The notes beneath the pieces were generated by a model that saw only the letters and a program-made list of their open reading frames with translations, was not told the origin of the DNA and did not search any database. A stretch of 63,896 bases of DNA, the filler included, from Rhabdomonas costata (Eukaryota), in NCBI GenBank assembly GCA_019059605.1. It is 40 parts of 40 records of this genome, joined end to end, with 100 filler letters (N's around TTAATTAATTAA, not from the genome) between each part and the next. Parts side by side here need not be neighbours in the genome. Positions count along the whole stretch, not along the records: positions 1 to 1,501 come from JAHMHO010014371.1; positions 1,602 to 3,102 come from JAHMHO010014372.1; positions 3,203 to 4,703 come from JAHMHO010014373.1; positions 4,804 to 6,304 come from JAHMHO010014374.1; positions 6,405 to 7,905 come from JAHMHO010014375.1; positions 8,006 to 9,506 come from JAHMHO010014376.1; positions 9,607 to 11,107 come from JAHMHO010014377.1; positions 11,208 to 12,708 come from JAHMHO010014378.1; 32 more parts are not named here. The stretch is one strand, 5' to 3'. Positions 1-11,541 of the stretch are shown piece by piece; position 1 is the first letter of the stretch, and each line of letters begins with the position of its first letter. A program made the translations under genes and the position numbers.

Positions 1-113
1 GTTTTTTTTGCTTGCGTCAGGCTGGTTTGACCTTTATAAAGAATGCTGTGCTTCCCGTGATGTTCACACAGAAAGCGTGGTTATTCCCTCTCTTTGGGGT
101 GCAGTCTCCGCAG

Positions 114-1211
114 ATTTGGGGTGGAGCTCGCCGCGGTTGCCGTGCAAAACTCAGGCCTGAGCCAGGAGCTCCTGGGCCGGGACTTTCCTCCGGTGCTTTT
201 CCTACACATGAGAAGGGACGAGGACACCTCCGCCAAGGTCCACCGCGCGGTGAAGTTCCTTCTTCAGCACCGGGTGAAGGCACAAACCATCCTGGTGTCT
301 GCGCTGGGATGGGTGAGCTGCATCTTCTCTCTCACACCCTCTCTTTTTATGTTTTTTGTGCATAATAATAATATTGTTTCCCTAATGCCTTGATGCGTTT
401 TCTCGCTCACAGGTGAACACACTACCCATCACGCCCACGTTTTTCTCGGAACGGATCCCAGACTTCCGTGAGGACCTTTCCCAAGAGATCTACGACACCC
501 TGAGGCGCTTCAGCTTCTTAGATCCCGATGGTACGCTGCTCTTCTGTTGGACTCATTCACTGACCTCGTGCCCAGTCACAGTCACAGGTGGCTCGCATAA
601 AGGAGACTGCAGTTGAATTCCCTGCCAATAGTGGTCTGATCGACCTGCAATGGTTTGTTGAACATATTGTATCTCCCAATTCAGAGTCAGAAACAATGAA
701 TGAAGCCCAAAAATGTCAACCTGTTGGTATTGAATGTACATTCCTCTGAGTTTGATGGGAAGGTGGTCGTACTGTTTTGACCTTCCGAGATGCCAGGGAA
801 ACCCACCTACACCCACCTACACCAAAGATTGAGTAAACTGTGTTTAGAAGATCGACCGTGCGACGGTGTCTTCCAGGACATCTCTGGACATAATGGAACA
901 GATTCGTCTGATCACGCGACAAGTTTGAGTGTGTATGAGATGCCCTTCAGAGACCGGGGTGCAAATTGTCTGCAACACAGAAGTCAATATGTGTTCACTT
1001 AGGATACCTTGTTGAGGACCCGATGTTTTCTATGTGGCGGGATGTTGTGCGGCCTGTACTTGCCCGCGCCAACCACACCGACAACATGGAGACGGGCCGC
1101 TCTCCCATCGCTGAGGAGCTCAGCTTGGCTTGGGCACGGGAGGGAGTTACTGCCCAATACATGGAGCATACCCTGCGGTTTTTCGAGACTGGGAGCTTCG
1201 GGGCTCAGTGA
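114..1211 (+). CDS. 3' part of an uncharacterised, possibly alpha/beta-hydrolase-like protein; exons 114-294, 413-530, 1003-1211
   Basis: GT-AG joins keep frame: FPPVLFLHMRRD...LPITPTFFSERIP...FLDPDGYLVEDP...IAEELSLAWA...TGA; first donor could alternatively be at 313. Confidence 0.65.
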
Positions 1212-1502
1212 GGAGTCGGCGCTGCTGATCGTGTGTCCCCTTGCAGCTTCGGGTACCACAAATGCCAGATGGTTGCCCGAGCACGGAAAGCTCTTGCCGA
1301 CAGAGCAAAACAAAACGAATCACGCCTCGAATGCTCTTCGGCTCTTCCACCTGAAAATAAGCCCTCCTGAGCTCGATGAGCATTCGATGACTGAATCCCG
1401 AACGAGGAAGAGGAGGCTTGGTAGCTTTGGTGTGCCAGCGTCATGAGGCTGGTGGCCTCTTCCGGCTTCTGACTGCTTCCGACGCTGGCACACCAAACCA
1501 AN

Positions 1503-1601
1503 NNNNNNNNNNNNNNNNNNNNNNNNNNNNNNNNNNNNNNNNNNNTTAATTAATTAANNNNNNNNNNNNNNNNNNNNNNNNNNNNNNNNNNNNNNNNNNN
1601 N
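1503..1601. other. Artificial contig-joining spacer (N-run + TTAATTAATTAA + N-run); recurs about every 1.6 kb
   Basis: Identical 12-mer with stops in all six frames flanked by N runs, repeated ~39 times; intervening segments ~1.5 kb and unrelated in content. Confidence 0.98.
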
Positions 1602-1991
1602 GGGTGGGAGTACTGGGAGCAAGTCGGGAGCACGGTCTGCTGTCCAGTTCATAGCAATAGGGATGAATGCTTTTGCTTAGCAGCTCAAAACTGCTGCTGA
1701 CTAAGGGCTCACCAATCGCTGGGATATGGGCGGACGAGTAGGACAGCATTAGTTTATGGGCGAAGGCCCGTCCACGCCGCGGCCGGAGCGGAAGGCTGGG
1801 GTCGGGACGTGAACTTTAACAACTTTTTAAAATATGCTCCCATTGTAAAAATTGTTACCACTGTTAACCGTTACCCCCCTCCCCAACTACCTTTGCACCT
1901 TGCGTATCATTGTCAAGTTTTACTGATTATTTACTCAATTCCCCGCGTTTGTTCGCATGGAGTATGTTTTTGACTCGTGCCCTCTTCCCAG

Positions 1992-2414
1992 CTGCAAATG
2001 AGCTACGGTGGGGCCTGGTATGCCACGCTGCCCCCAGCGAAGTGGAATCTTGCCCGCACCCCCGGGGCGGTGGCCGAGATCCAGCGAATCTTCGATCCGG
2101 ATCCCGCCATCGGGGACCGCCGCCAGGAGATCGTGTTCATCGGGGTGAACGTCCCGGAGCCCGAGATCACGGAGCTGCTGGACAGCATCCTGCTCACCGA
2201 TGAGGAGTGGGAGGCTGGGGAGGACGAGTGGAACGACTGGGTGGACCCGTTCAAGGGATGGGACGAGAACAGCGACTCCGAAGAGGAGAGCGAGGAGGGC
2301 GGCGATGACAGCGATGACAGCGATGATCCTCGTGCCAAGCCCCTCTCGACGATGGGCAAGATTCAGGAGTGGCTTGGAGGTCTACGGTGGAGGTCTGAAA
2401 AGGTTAAGATGTAG
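1992..2414 (+). CDS. Last exon of a CobW/COG0523 metallochaperone GTPase (CobW_C domain) with acidic tail
   Basis: GGAWYA...GDRRQEIVFIG...LDSILLTDEEW...W.DPF motif typical of CobW_C; preceded by cttcccag acceptor. Confidence 0.88.
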   Translation: MQMSYGGAWYATLPPAKWNLARTPGAVAEIQRIFDPDPAIGDRRQEIVFIGVNVPEPEITELLDSILLTDEEWEAGEDEWNDWVDPFKGWDENSDSEEESEEGGDDSDDSDDPRAKPLSTMGKIQEWLGGLRWRSEKVKM

Positions 2415-3468
2415 GGCACTCTCTCTGCATTGCAGGAAGAGTTTGTTGTGGTCTCGGGGAGCGATCCCAATGAGCGAACGTTTGGGGTGAGTTGATGGGA
2501 CTTTCCCCAGGCCTTCGTGCATGTGTGAGCCGCTTGTTAGCGGGGACATGGAATAGGGTGGAGACAGATCGTATCCACAGAATTAGAGGGGAGGGGACCG
2601 CTCAATTCGATCAGTGCCCTCCTCAGAAACGCTTTTGCTTCTTTTTGAGTATGGCATTCCTGTGTGTGTTTTGTGCTGCTTGCTTTTCTAGAGAACTGTC
2701 CCCCTTTTGCGCTTTTCTTGGTTACGCGAGTCTTCACGCGCTGCTACGAACCGACCGTTTTTTGTGGGGGGGCCTGCGGTGGTAGAGTACCACGTCGTCG
2801 CTGTACTCTGTTTATTGTGTTGACCCTTCGATGGTACTCGGTTGGCCCACCCACCGAGTGTCATCGTTGTTCGTGCCTGTTTTTGTGATTCCTTGTGTTC
2901 ATCCAGATCTCTCTCCTTTTCAAGAATCCAAGATTTATCTTTGAAATAAAACCTGATCCCAGAGTCCAGGGACAGGAGGTAGCTCACCCAACTCGGTACT
3001 AGAGATCGCTGGCCGATTTCTTTCTGAGTTAGAACTGCCATGCGTCCCATTGCCCCGGCGGGTCTAATTTCAGCATGACGGGCAACACCTTCAAACACCT
3101 TTNNNNNNNNNNNNNNNNNNNNNNNNNNNNNNNNNNNNNNNNNNNNTTAATTAATTAANNNNNNNNNNNNNNNNNNNNNNNNNNNNNNNNNNNNNNNNNN
3201 NNTGTGTGTTGTCTTTGGGTACGTATATTCCCACATGGCCATAAATTCTTCACTGGTACCCGAGTCCAGATTATAGTGAGGTGCCTCATACGCATGCTGT
3301 CATTTTTTTCCTGGGGCCCTGGGGCCCGAATACCCTTAGCTCAGAAAATCAGTTGAATTGAAACAAGAGGCAGGAAACCGAAAGTAGTATATTTATCATA
3401 TTTAAAAGGGACGTCCTGTATCCGGCGGCACAACTCGAGCGTTTAGGGCACACGGCTCCCGCTCACAG

Positions 3469-4683
3469 GCCGGTTTGGGTGCTGCGGCGGCCTCGCTGGA
3501 GGAGCAGAGTCGTCTGGCGCAGCGCCTGCGGAATGAGTTGGACGAGGCTCTGTATGTGACCCCTCGCCCCCGCCCCCTCATCCAATGCAACGTGAAGTTC
3601 CTTACCAGGAAAGGGTGCGCTGAAACATGAATGTGACTATACTACGGGGAGCTCGACCGTGGAAGAAGCTTCGCTTTGATATGCCTCTCGACGGGGATAC
3701 CCAAATCTACGCTTCAGGCAACGTCCCCGCCTCAGCCGCGCCGCAGCTCTGGACTTTTGTTGCAATGTAATGGGTGTGTTTTGTGTTTGTGGCCCACTGT
3801 TGCTGGGATGGGTTCCAAATTTTTGGGGGAGGACCTGTGTGTGTACACATTTCAGAGAGCGCTGCGACGAGCAGGCGCGTGCGGTGCAGACCCTGCAGGC
3901 CGACCGTGTGGCGCAGAGCGAGCAACTCAAGGCGGCCCGAGCTCAGCTGCAGGCCAGGGACGACACCATCGCTGGTGTGCTCAAAGGCAGTGAACCCCCT
4001 CTCAAAATTACCTGAACCGTGTCTGGTATGTGTTTCGGGAGAAGATGGTCTGGTGAACTAGCCTGTCTCTAAATGAACTAGGTGAACTAGACTCTCTCTC
4101 AAGAATACTCGAACGCTCGTACCCAAGCTTTGTTGTGGGAAAGAGGGATACTTGGAGCTCACAATGAAATGCTTTTTAGTCCACCGAGGGCTATTCTGAG
4201 CCCTCTACGAGTTCAACAAGCCTGTGGTCTTGGAGATGATGAAGTGTTGCTACAGGCCAAGCACAGAGCTTCCTTTCTCCTTAGGGCCACCACTTTACTG
4301 ATTCTCTCTCGTTTTCTTCGCTCGGGCAGAGCTCAGGGCGCACCAGGAGAAGCTCACGGAAGCGCTGAAGGGCCGGGACCTCCTGCTGGAGGGACTCTCC
4401 GCGAAGGCTGACGAGGCCCAGCACGGCCTGCAGGGGCTCACTGCGCAGCTCCGCTCCCGAACAGAGGTTCACCCTCGTGACGGCCTTTTACCTTGTATGC
4501 TGAATGTATGGTGAAATAAGCCTTTTCAAGGTGAAAGGGTTACCGGTGCTGCTAGTACCATCCCGCTGAGTCTCCGTTATGTGTGGTCAAAAGTTTTTGT
4601 GGTTGCGCGGTGTGCAGGAGTCCAATGAACATGCAAAGGCCGCGGAGCAAGCTGCCGCTCAAGCCGCTCGGTTGCAGAGTGAG
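3469..4683 (+). CDS. Coiled-coil protein fragment; exons 3469-3551, 3856-3974, 4330-4466, 4618-4683
   Basis: Four GC-rich exons with GT-AG boundaries splice in one frame to E/Q/L/A/R-rich heptad-like sequence. Confidence 0.75.
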
Positions 4684-5219
4684 GTGAGCTCAACCCCCCC
4701 CCCNNNNNNNNNNNNNNNNNNNNNNNNNNNNNNNNNNNNNNNNNNNNTTAATTAATTAANNNNNNNNNNNNNNNNNNNNNNNNNNNNNNNNNNNNNNNNN
4801 NNNGGGGTTTGGGGAATGGCTTTAAGCGGCCAGGGCCAATTTGTTGTGTTGAGGTGCTCGTCCTATAATCTGTAACCCCTCGTCCTATAATCTGTGGGGT
4901 TACTGGGGTTACAGAACGAGAAAAACCCCAGTTGAGTTTGGGCGCTTGTTGGTAGCACCTGCAGTACACAGCCGCTGCGGACAGCGGCACGAGGTGATTA
5001 ACCTTCCTCATGGAATCGATTAGGTCCGCAAGGAGGATGATACGATCTGTTGCCGTTTGAATTGTGTGTATGTGTCGTTGCCAGTGCTGTCAGATGATTC
5101 TTTTACTTCCTGATGGTGGTTTCACAGGCGGGTAGCTTCGAAAGCGCGATCTGGTTGAAATTCTGGATGTCTGGCATCCGCCATGGTTCTGACCGCCTTG
5201 CTTCATGTCTGTCCCTCAG

Positions 5220-5525
5220 GTGTACACCACCGCCGACTCCACGGGCGCCACATGGGACCTGCACAGCTCGGGCTTCCCACGGCGCAATTACCACGGCGTC
5301 ACGGCGTTCCTTGGCCGGCTCTGGGTGATCGCCGGGTTCGACGCCCCAGGCTCTGGGAATCTCAACGATGTGTACAGCAGCGGGGACCCCATCCAGGGCG
5401 CCAGTGGATGGACCCTAGCCACGGCCACTGCCTTCACCACGGGAGGCCGCTTTGGCTTTGGGTTGACCGTGTTTGAGGGCAGCCTTTGGGTGGTGGGCGG
5501 GCGCGGCGGCTCGGTACTGCAGGAG
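5220..5525 (+). CDS. Kelch/beta-propeller repeat exon (102 aa)
   Basis: PRRNYHGVTAFLGRLWVIAG...NDVYSS...W...GRFGFGLTVFEGSLWVVGG; cag/gt boundaries, phase 0. Confidence 0.85.
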
Positions 5526-5573
5526 GTTTGCCTTGGAGTGGTTGAAGTGGGAGCAACCCTTTGGGAGGAGGCC

Positions 5574-6304
5574 ACTGCCCTTCCCTGCCCTGTCTTTTTC
5601 TACTCCGGCTCAGCTTTTCGCCCATCACCAGCGGGTATTGGAATTTTCGCTGAGTTTATAATTGCTTAGCAAGGCTACCACTCTGCCCGGGCCCTACCTG
5701 TTCACGTGTCCGCGGTGTTCCCGTTTTGGTGACTATGCTGGCTTTCCGCCCGTAATTTTTTTACCCTCTATTAATGCCGCTGTTCGTCTAGCCCCCACCC
5801 AACTCCAACAACTGCCCAAAAAGCGACAAGGCAGGGCCTGCTCCAGCAGAGAGCGGAGAGAGGAGAGTATGCCCAGTCATGGGTAATGCAGTGTACCGCC
5901 AAAAGCACAGAACATTTGAAACCCGTCCCGAAACCTATACGACGGCTAGACGTTTGGGCATATGTCTTTTTAATGCCCCCCATTAACCCGCTGAAACCCA
6001 CACATGCACACCCATTAATGGAAAGTTCCTAGGGTCTTGGAAAGAGTCCCAGTGGAAACGAACATCTCCCAACCCCCCTGCAGACGCTTCAATTCCAATC
6101 CCAAGGGACACGTGAATCGCTACCTACCCCCCTGCAAAGTCCCTGTAGGTGTTCCACATATTCACGTGCATCACTTCCTAACTCACTGCACACTTAGAAG
6201 GGGCGCACTTCTTCACAGCTCCAGTTGGGTGGACCCACCCTACCCGCTGGGGATGGGCGAAAAGCTGAGCCGGAGTAGAAAAAGACAGGGCAGGGAAGGG
6301 CAGT
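5574..6304. repeat. 64-bp inverted repeat (5574-5637 / 6241-6304) with one mismatch and ~600 bp spacer
   Basis: Direct reverse-complement comparison. Confidence 0.9.
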
Positions 6305-6524
6305 NNNNNNNNNNNNNNNNNNNNNNNNNNNNNNNNNNNNNNNNNNNNTTAATTAATTAANNNNNNNNNNNNNNNNNNNNNNNNNNNNNNNNNNNNNNNN
6401 NNNNGTTGTTGGTGTACAATTCTTGCACCTTCTAAAAACCAACCTTGGATTTGGGGCGCGAGCGCGGGTGCCGTTTGGAAGTTGCAGCTGGTGACTAGAA
6501 CTGGCTTCCCGCAGCCGTCTGGAA

Positions 6525-6800
6525 ATGGAATTTTTCTGCGGAGAGTTAACGACAACAGATATAACCTGCTTCGCAAGGAACCTCCCACGCCGAAAGGGGC
6601 TCGGCAACAACTCGGGAACTCCGTACAAAGAGACAAAAGTTGCCGGTGATATGCCAATGGGATACTGCACAGCGCTGCACCAATCCCGAACACCACAGTC
6701 ACGGAAGAAGGAGGCGCAGTAAGGGGGTGGGGGGAGGCACACTATTCGCCAAGCAGTACATGACGGATAAACCGAACCCGCCTGGCCTTCCACAAGCAAG
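6525..6800 (+). pseudogene. Possible decayed non-LTR retrotransposon segment (region preceding the RT core)
   Basis: ELTTTDITCFARNLPRRKGLGNNSGTPY loosely resembles the LINE motif IT..EI..AI..L...KAPG.DG.P.E; frames broken. Confidence 0.25.
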
Positions 6801-8139
6801 ACCCAACCCAAGCGCTAGCGCGCTAGCCCGAGCCCATCCCATCCCAGACGCCCTCCAAAGTTACACAAGCCCGGCTTGGACAGCAAAGCGAGCGACCAGC
6901 CGCTTCAGCGACAGAGCGGGGATGGAGCATAGCACAGTGTCCCGGAACACGGTGTCAAATGCTGTCGCGCAGCCCCCGTGCAGCACCAGGGTGGACGGGC
7001 CCGCCAGGGCCCCAGTATGCCCACACCGCGGGGACAGCGTCGGGAGGTCCCCTCCGCAGCACCACACCTGTGCCGAATGTCGAACCGAATATCGGGGGTT
7101 GTAATGACATAGAAAGGGGGCGACGACCACAGACCCCAGGACATATACCTGTGCGTGGTGTGCTTCTGGTGCGTGAGTGCGTGGGATGCTAGCGAGGGAT
7201 GGCACCTGCCGAACACTGTCCGTCTTCCAAATGTGAATGAGTGAGTGTGCAAATCATTCCTCTTCTAGGGGGGGGCTTCCAGTAGTACGCATCAATCTTC
7301 CTCTGAAGGCCTCCGGATATGCCCCTATCGTTGAGGGTTGCCCCGGAATCAAAATCAAATCACCCCACTTGCTGGGTGACCACTCAGATGGGGCCTCTGG
7401 GACGGAGCCTGACCAGACAGGAGTTGAGCTTAATGGAAGATTCCCATTCCCAGTCTCATTTCCCCGCCTGTTTCTGGGTCTTTTTCATACGCTTTGTCCA
7501 TTCGGTGCATTTCCATGGCCTGGGATGGCATTTTTCTGAATATTTGCAGATGGCATAGCTCCTTTGAGCTCCTTTGATAACGAAGGGTGGTTCCGAAGTG
7601 TGTCAGAATACTTGGGTTCGTGGCGGCCTTGCTGGCAGGACTTCATGACACATAGGCAGCGTCCCAAGCGTGCCAACAGCTGATTTGTGTTTGTCTGTGA
7701 TACGTGTAGCTTGGGCGAGGATGTTCTTCAGAGTCCGGAGTTCGCCCATGGCGGCCTTTCCGTCCCCCATCCTCTGAGAGTCAGGATTTTGGTGTAGGCC
7801 TACCCCCCCCGCCAAGTTTTGGCGAATCCGGAGTCCCCCTCTTGCCCTGCTCAGCGCTCCTGAGGCTTACTCCGGCTTGGGAGTAAAAGAAAGACCCCCA
7901 CAAACNNNNNNNNNNNNNNNNNNNNNNNNNNNNNNNNNNNNNNNNNNNNTTAATTAATTAANNNNNNNNNNNNNNNNNNNNNNNNNNNNNNNNNNNNNNN
8001 NNNNNGGTTGGGGGGGTCAGTCTCGTTACTCCTCCACAGGGGTGGTCTGGGCGAAATGTCCAATGTCATGTTTTTTGTCAACATTTGATTTAATCTACCA
8101 CCCTGCGTCTCGGTGCCCATGGTACTTCCTCTTGTGCAG

Positions 8140-8989
8140 CTCTGTGTCGGGGATTCCGGCCGGCTGAACCGGGTGCTGCTGAATTTGCTCGCCAACGCGA
8201 TCAAGTGTGTCTCTTAATCTCACCTCCATCACCTCCAAGCGCGGCTGCCCGATACTTTCTCAAGAGCCCAGTGCTTTCTCCTTTTTCTTTCCTTTTTCTT
8301 GAACTTCCTCTTTCATTTTTTACATTCCCCGCCATATTCGTGCGAGGCATTCATGGAGGCGTCTTTATCGCGGCGATTCTGAAGTCCGCACCCATTTGAG
8401 TCCACGTGAGGGGCTTTCCACTAACTGGTCCGTGGATCGTGAATCTCCATCTGTGCAACCGCCGATGTAATTCTATGTGGTGGGGGTTCTCAGGTTCACA
8501 CCTGCAGGGGTGGTATCGGTGACATGCTCCGTGGATGACCCTCGGCACCCGCAATACCTACTGATCAAAGTGGAAGACACCGGGATTGGTGTGCCCGCAT
8601 CCTCTAGCTGCGTGCCTCCCCTACGTAACCCTCTTTGTCCTTCGTTTTACCGGTGACCCATCCGCATCATGTCCCAGATCGAGCAGTACCGTTTGTCCCA
8701 GTGCAATCGCAACTGGGGGGGGGGGGTCTACTCAGTTATTAAGAGAGGGGCCCAGCTCCCCATGATGCCGCCTTCCGATCAAAAGTCCTTGAAGAAAAGT
8801 GCACATGCAAAATGACCCAAAGATTGGACGGCTGCATGCATTACTGCATTAGGGATGCAACCCTGAGTAACCATCAGGGGTGGTCGGTGTTGTAAAGTGA
8901 GTATGGTGCATTTTGGGCTTTTTCTTTTTGTGCTGCAGGCATGTCTGAGGTGGAGCTGTCGAGGCTTTTCCAGCCCTTCGTGCAGGCAG
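8140..8989 (+). CDS. Sensor histidine kinase, HATPase_c domain; exons 8140-8204, 8494-8588, 8939-8989
   Basis: Spliced: GDSGRLNRVLLNLLANAIKFT (N box) ... IKVEDTGIGMSEVELSRLFQPFVQA (G1 and F boxes). Confidence 0.93.
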
Positions 8990-10247
8990 GTAGTGAGGCG
9001 AAGGCAGCTCCCCACCTCCACTCAATTCCATTTTTCCATTTTACGCCTTCGTGTGTGTAGGGGGGGCATGAGACACGATGTTTGGCAGTGAGAAAGCTTC
9101 TCTTCGGTCCTTTTACATCTGCTTTTGGTTACAAAGGTGCACTCCTCAAAAAAAAACTTCGACGTACACTAGCACTTACCCACCTTGATAACCCTTTGTG
9201 TGTATTTTTTTTTCGCGTTTTATCGTTCTGTCCCCATCAGCTATCTCTTGATGCCTCCGATCCTGCGCAGATTGTGCGGGTGAAAGGATAACGTCCTCAA
9301 TGGGTGGTGCCTATGCATAACAGAACATCCTGCCGCTGGGGTCTGGCAGAGGCCATTGCCGACCCGTATCAAATCGGGTGGATCTGTCAGGGGTTTCCTA
9401 TTTATTCTAAACTGGTTGGGGTCTACACTTGATGGGATGACAGCAATGACACGACAAAATGTTCAGTGTTTGACGGATGAGCGTATTTCGCACAGTACCA
9501 AACACCNNNNNNNNNNNNNNNNNNNNNNNNNNNNNNNNNNNNNNNNNNNNTTAATTAATTAANNNNNNNNNNNNNNNNNNNNNNNNNNNNNNNNNNNNNN
9601 NNNNNNGGGGTGGGGGGTGGGAGCCACGGTTCTGTATCGCATAGGAAAGGAGTTCTTTGTTCCATGGCATCAAAACGAAACTGCTGCGCGCAGCGGACAA
9701 TGACCTTACTCGCACTGTTTGCTGAATAGGCGTTCGTTTCAAATTCACCGTGTCGCATATGTGGCCAGACACGCAGCAGAAATGAGGAGGTGCGAAATCC
9801 TCTAAGCACCATGAATAATGGGCTTGAGGTTGTTGTGTTCCAACGATATTGCCAACAGGAAGGAGTATGTACTCCATCCACATCCAAACCAGCCTTGGCA
9901 ACAACGCGTGTCTTCACGGAAGATTCAATGTCAGGATGGGTTTTGGCGCTTCATAGCAGCCGTTGGAGATCACTTCCCCCCCTTTCCTTATTTTACTTTC
10001 GCTCAAGGGGATGTGAGTGCTATTGTTTTCTCGCTGCTCGGAGGGTGCCGATCACCCTCCGTTCGGTTTATGCGCAACACCCGTTTCCAAGAAACCTGTA
10101 TGCATGAGTCAAAGCAAGTCTCACATCCCAACTAGTTCAAAGGGCAGCATCGACTTGACTTACGGAGGAGTGCGGTAGATTCTGGGCGTCCCATAACGTA
10201 CTATACACAAGCTCGCTCTCCGATGATGTCTCCATTCTTACCCACAG

Positions 10248-10500
10248 ACGGAGGCCTCTATCCGAGCCTACCTCCGAGCCCTGCTCACCGCCCTGCGCCA
10301 CGTGCACAGCCTGGGCATCATTCACCGAGACGTCAAACCTCTGAACTTCCTGTGTGGCGACGCCCGGCACTGCAACGCCGGGCAGTATCGCCTAGTGGAC
10401 TTTGGGCTAGCCACAGCCTGTTCTCCAAGAATTCCCCTTGGTGGAGGATGTGGCAGCGGAAGCGGCTGTGCGGAAGCCGCGTGCAGCTCCAGCCAGTTCG
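10248..10500 (+). CDS. Ser/Thr protein kinase exon, Cdc7-like (subdomains VIa-VII; 3' boundary uncertain)
   Basis: IRAYLRALLTALRHVHSLGIIHRDVKPLNFL...YRLVDFGLA followed by a low-complexity insert. Confidence 0.8.
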
Positions 10501-11316
10501 GGGGGTTGGGCGTGCCGAGTACGTCATCCAGGATTAATGGTCGTGTTAGGTTTGGGGTCCATAGTTATTGAAGAGGTAGGTATTGTTGGGAGTACGAAGA
10601 CTACACTTTCCAGCCTGTTCTGAGAACGAATGAACAGGAATGAAAAGTCGAGTGAGTTTTTTGTGGGCATGAGAAAAGGGAGGTAGGGGTAGACAGGCAC
10701 CTCCCCTTGCCGAATTGTTTTTGACGCAAAACGAGATCTATTCTTGGACAGCAGACATAGTTGCCACGCATGACTGCCTTCATTTCATCTTCATTTCCTG
10801 GGCGGAAGTTGTGGGGACCCCCACGCATATGTGAGGTCGCTGCGTTATAATCCCATCACCCGAGCTGAAAAGTGGGCTGGATGGGGGCTACCGGGGTATC
10901 CCCCCCCCCCGGCCTACAGGCTCTAAACGCCGGCTGGACCATACCAGGGTACCCAATACCGGTAACCTATCAATGCGCAATGCCTGGCTATGAGGGGACC
11001 CTACACACATGAAGAGGCTTTTTTAGAAGGGGCGTTTAGTTTAATTCTGGTGTATCACGGATTACGTCTTCGGCAAACACACACCTGTACAGTGGTAGTG
11101 GCAGCAGNNNNNNNNNNNNNNNNNNNNNNNNNNNNNNNNNNNNNNNNNNNNTTAATTAATTAANNNNNNNNNNNNNNNNNNNNNNNNNNNNNNNNNNNNN
11201 NNNNNNNGCCGCACAAACGTTTCGTGTCCTTTGGATAAAAAAGGGCCGTTGGGGAACGTTCATGCAGGGCCACAGTAACGTGTGCGAGTAACGTGCAGCA
11301 CAAGCAGCTCGCACAC

Positions 11317-11541
11317 TGGCTGGCGAGGATCCTTAATCTTCAGGCCCTTGCGGATGGAGAAGAACTTCTGCATCACCGCGCTGGTGTTGTCATGGGTCAT
11401 GACATGGCGGGGCTGGATCGTCACGAAGTCTCCCGCTTGCACAACGTGCCCTGGAGGGTTGTTCACGCTGTACCGCTGAACAATCTTCTCCACAAACGTC
11501 TGCGGGATTCTCGACCGCAGCCAGAATGCGGAACGAAGCAT
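11317..11541 (-). CDS. LYS4: Mitochondrial homoaconitase, first exon (75 aa)
   Basis: R-rich presequence MLRSAFWLRSR then QTFVEKIVQRYSV...VQAGDFVTIQPRHVMTHDN...KIKDPRQP, matching fungal Lys4 N-terminus; GTGTGC donor. Confidence 0.88.

Noticed and set aside
1503..1601. Regularly spaced TTAATTAATTAA as a CRISPR-like or biological repeat
   Set aside because: Embedded in N runs with stops in six frames: an assembly concatenation linker
7603..7815. Integrase-like 'ELRTLKNIL' peptide on the minus strand
   Set aside because: No convincing DDE context; too short to call
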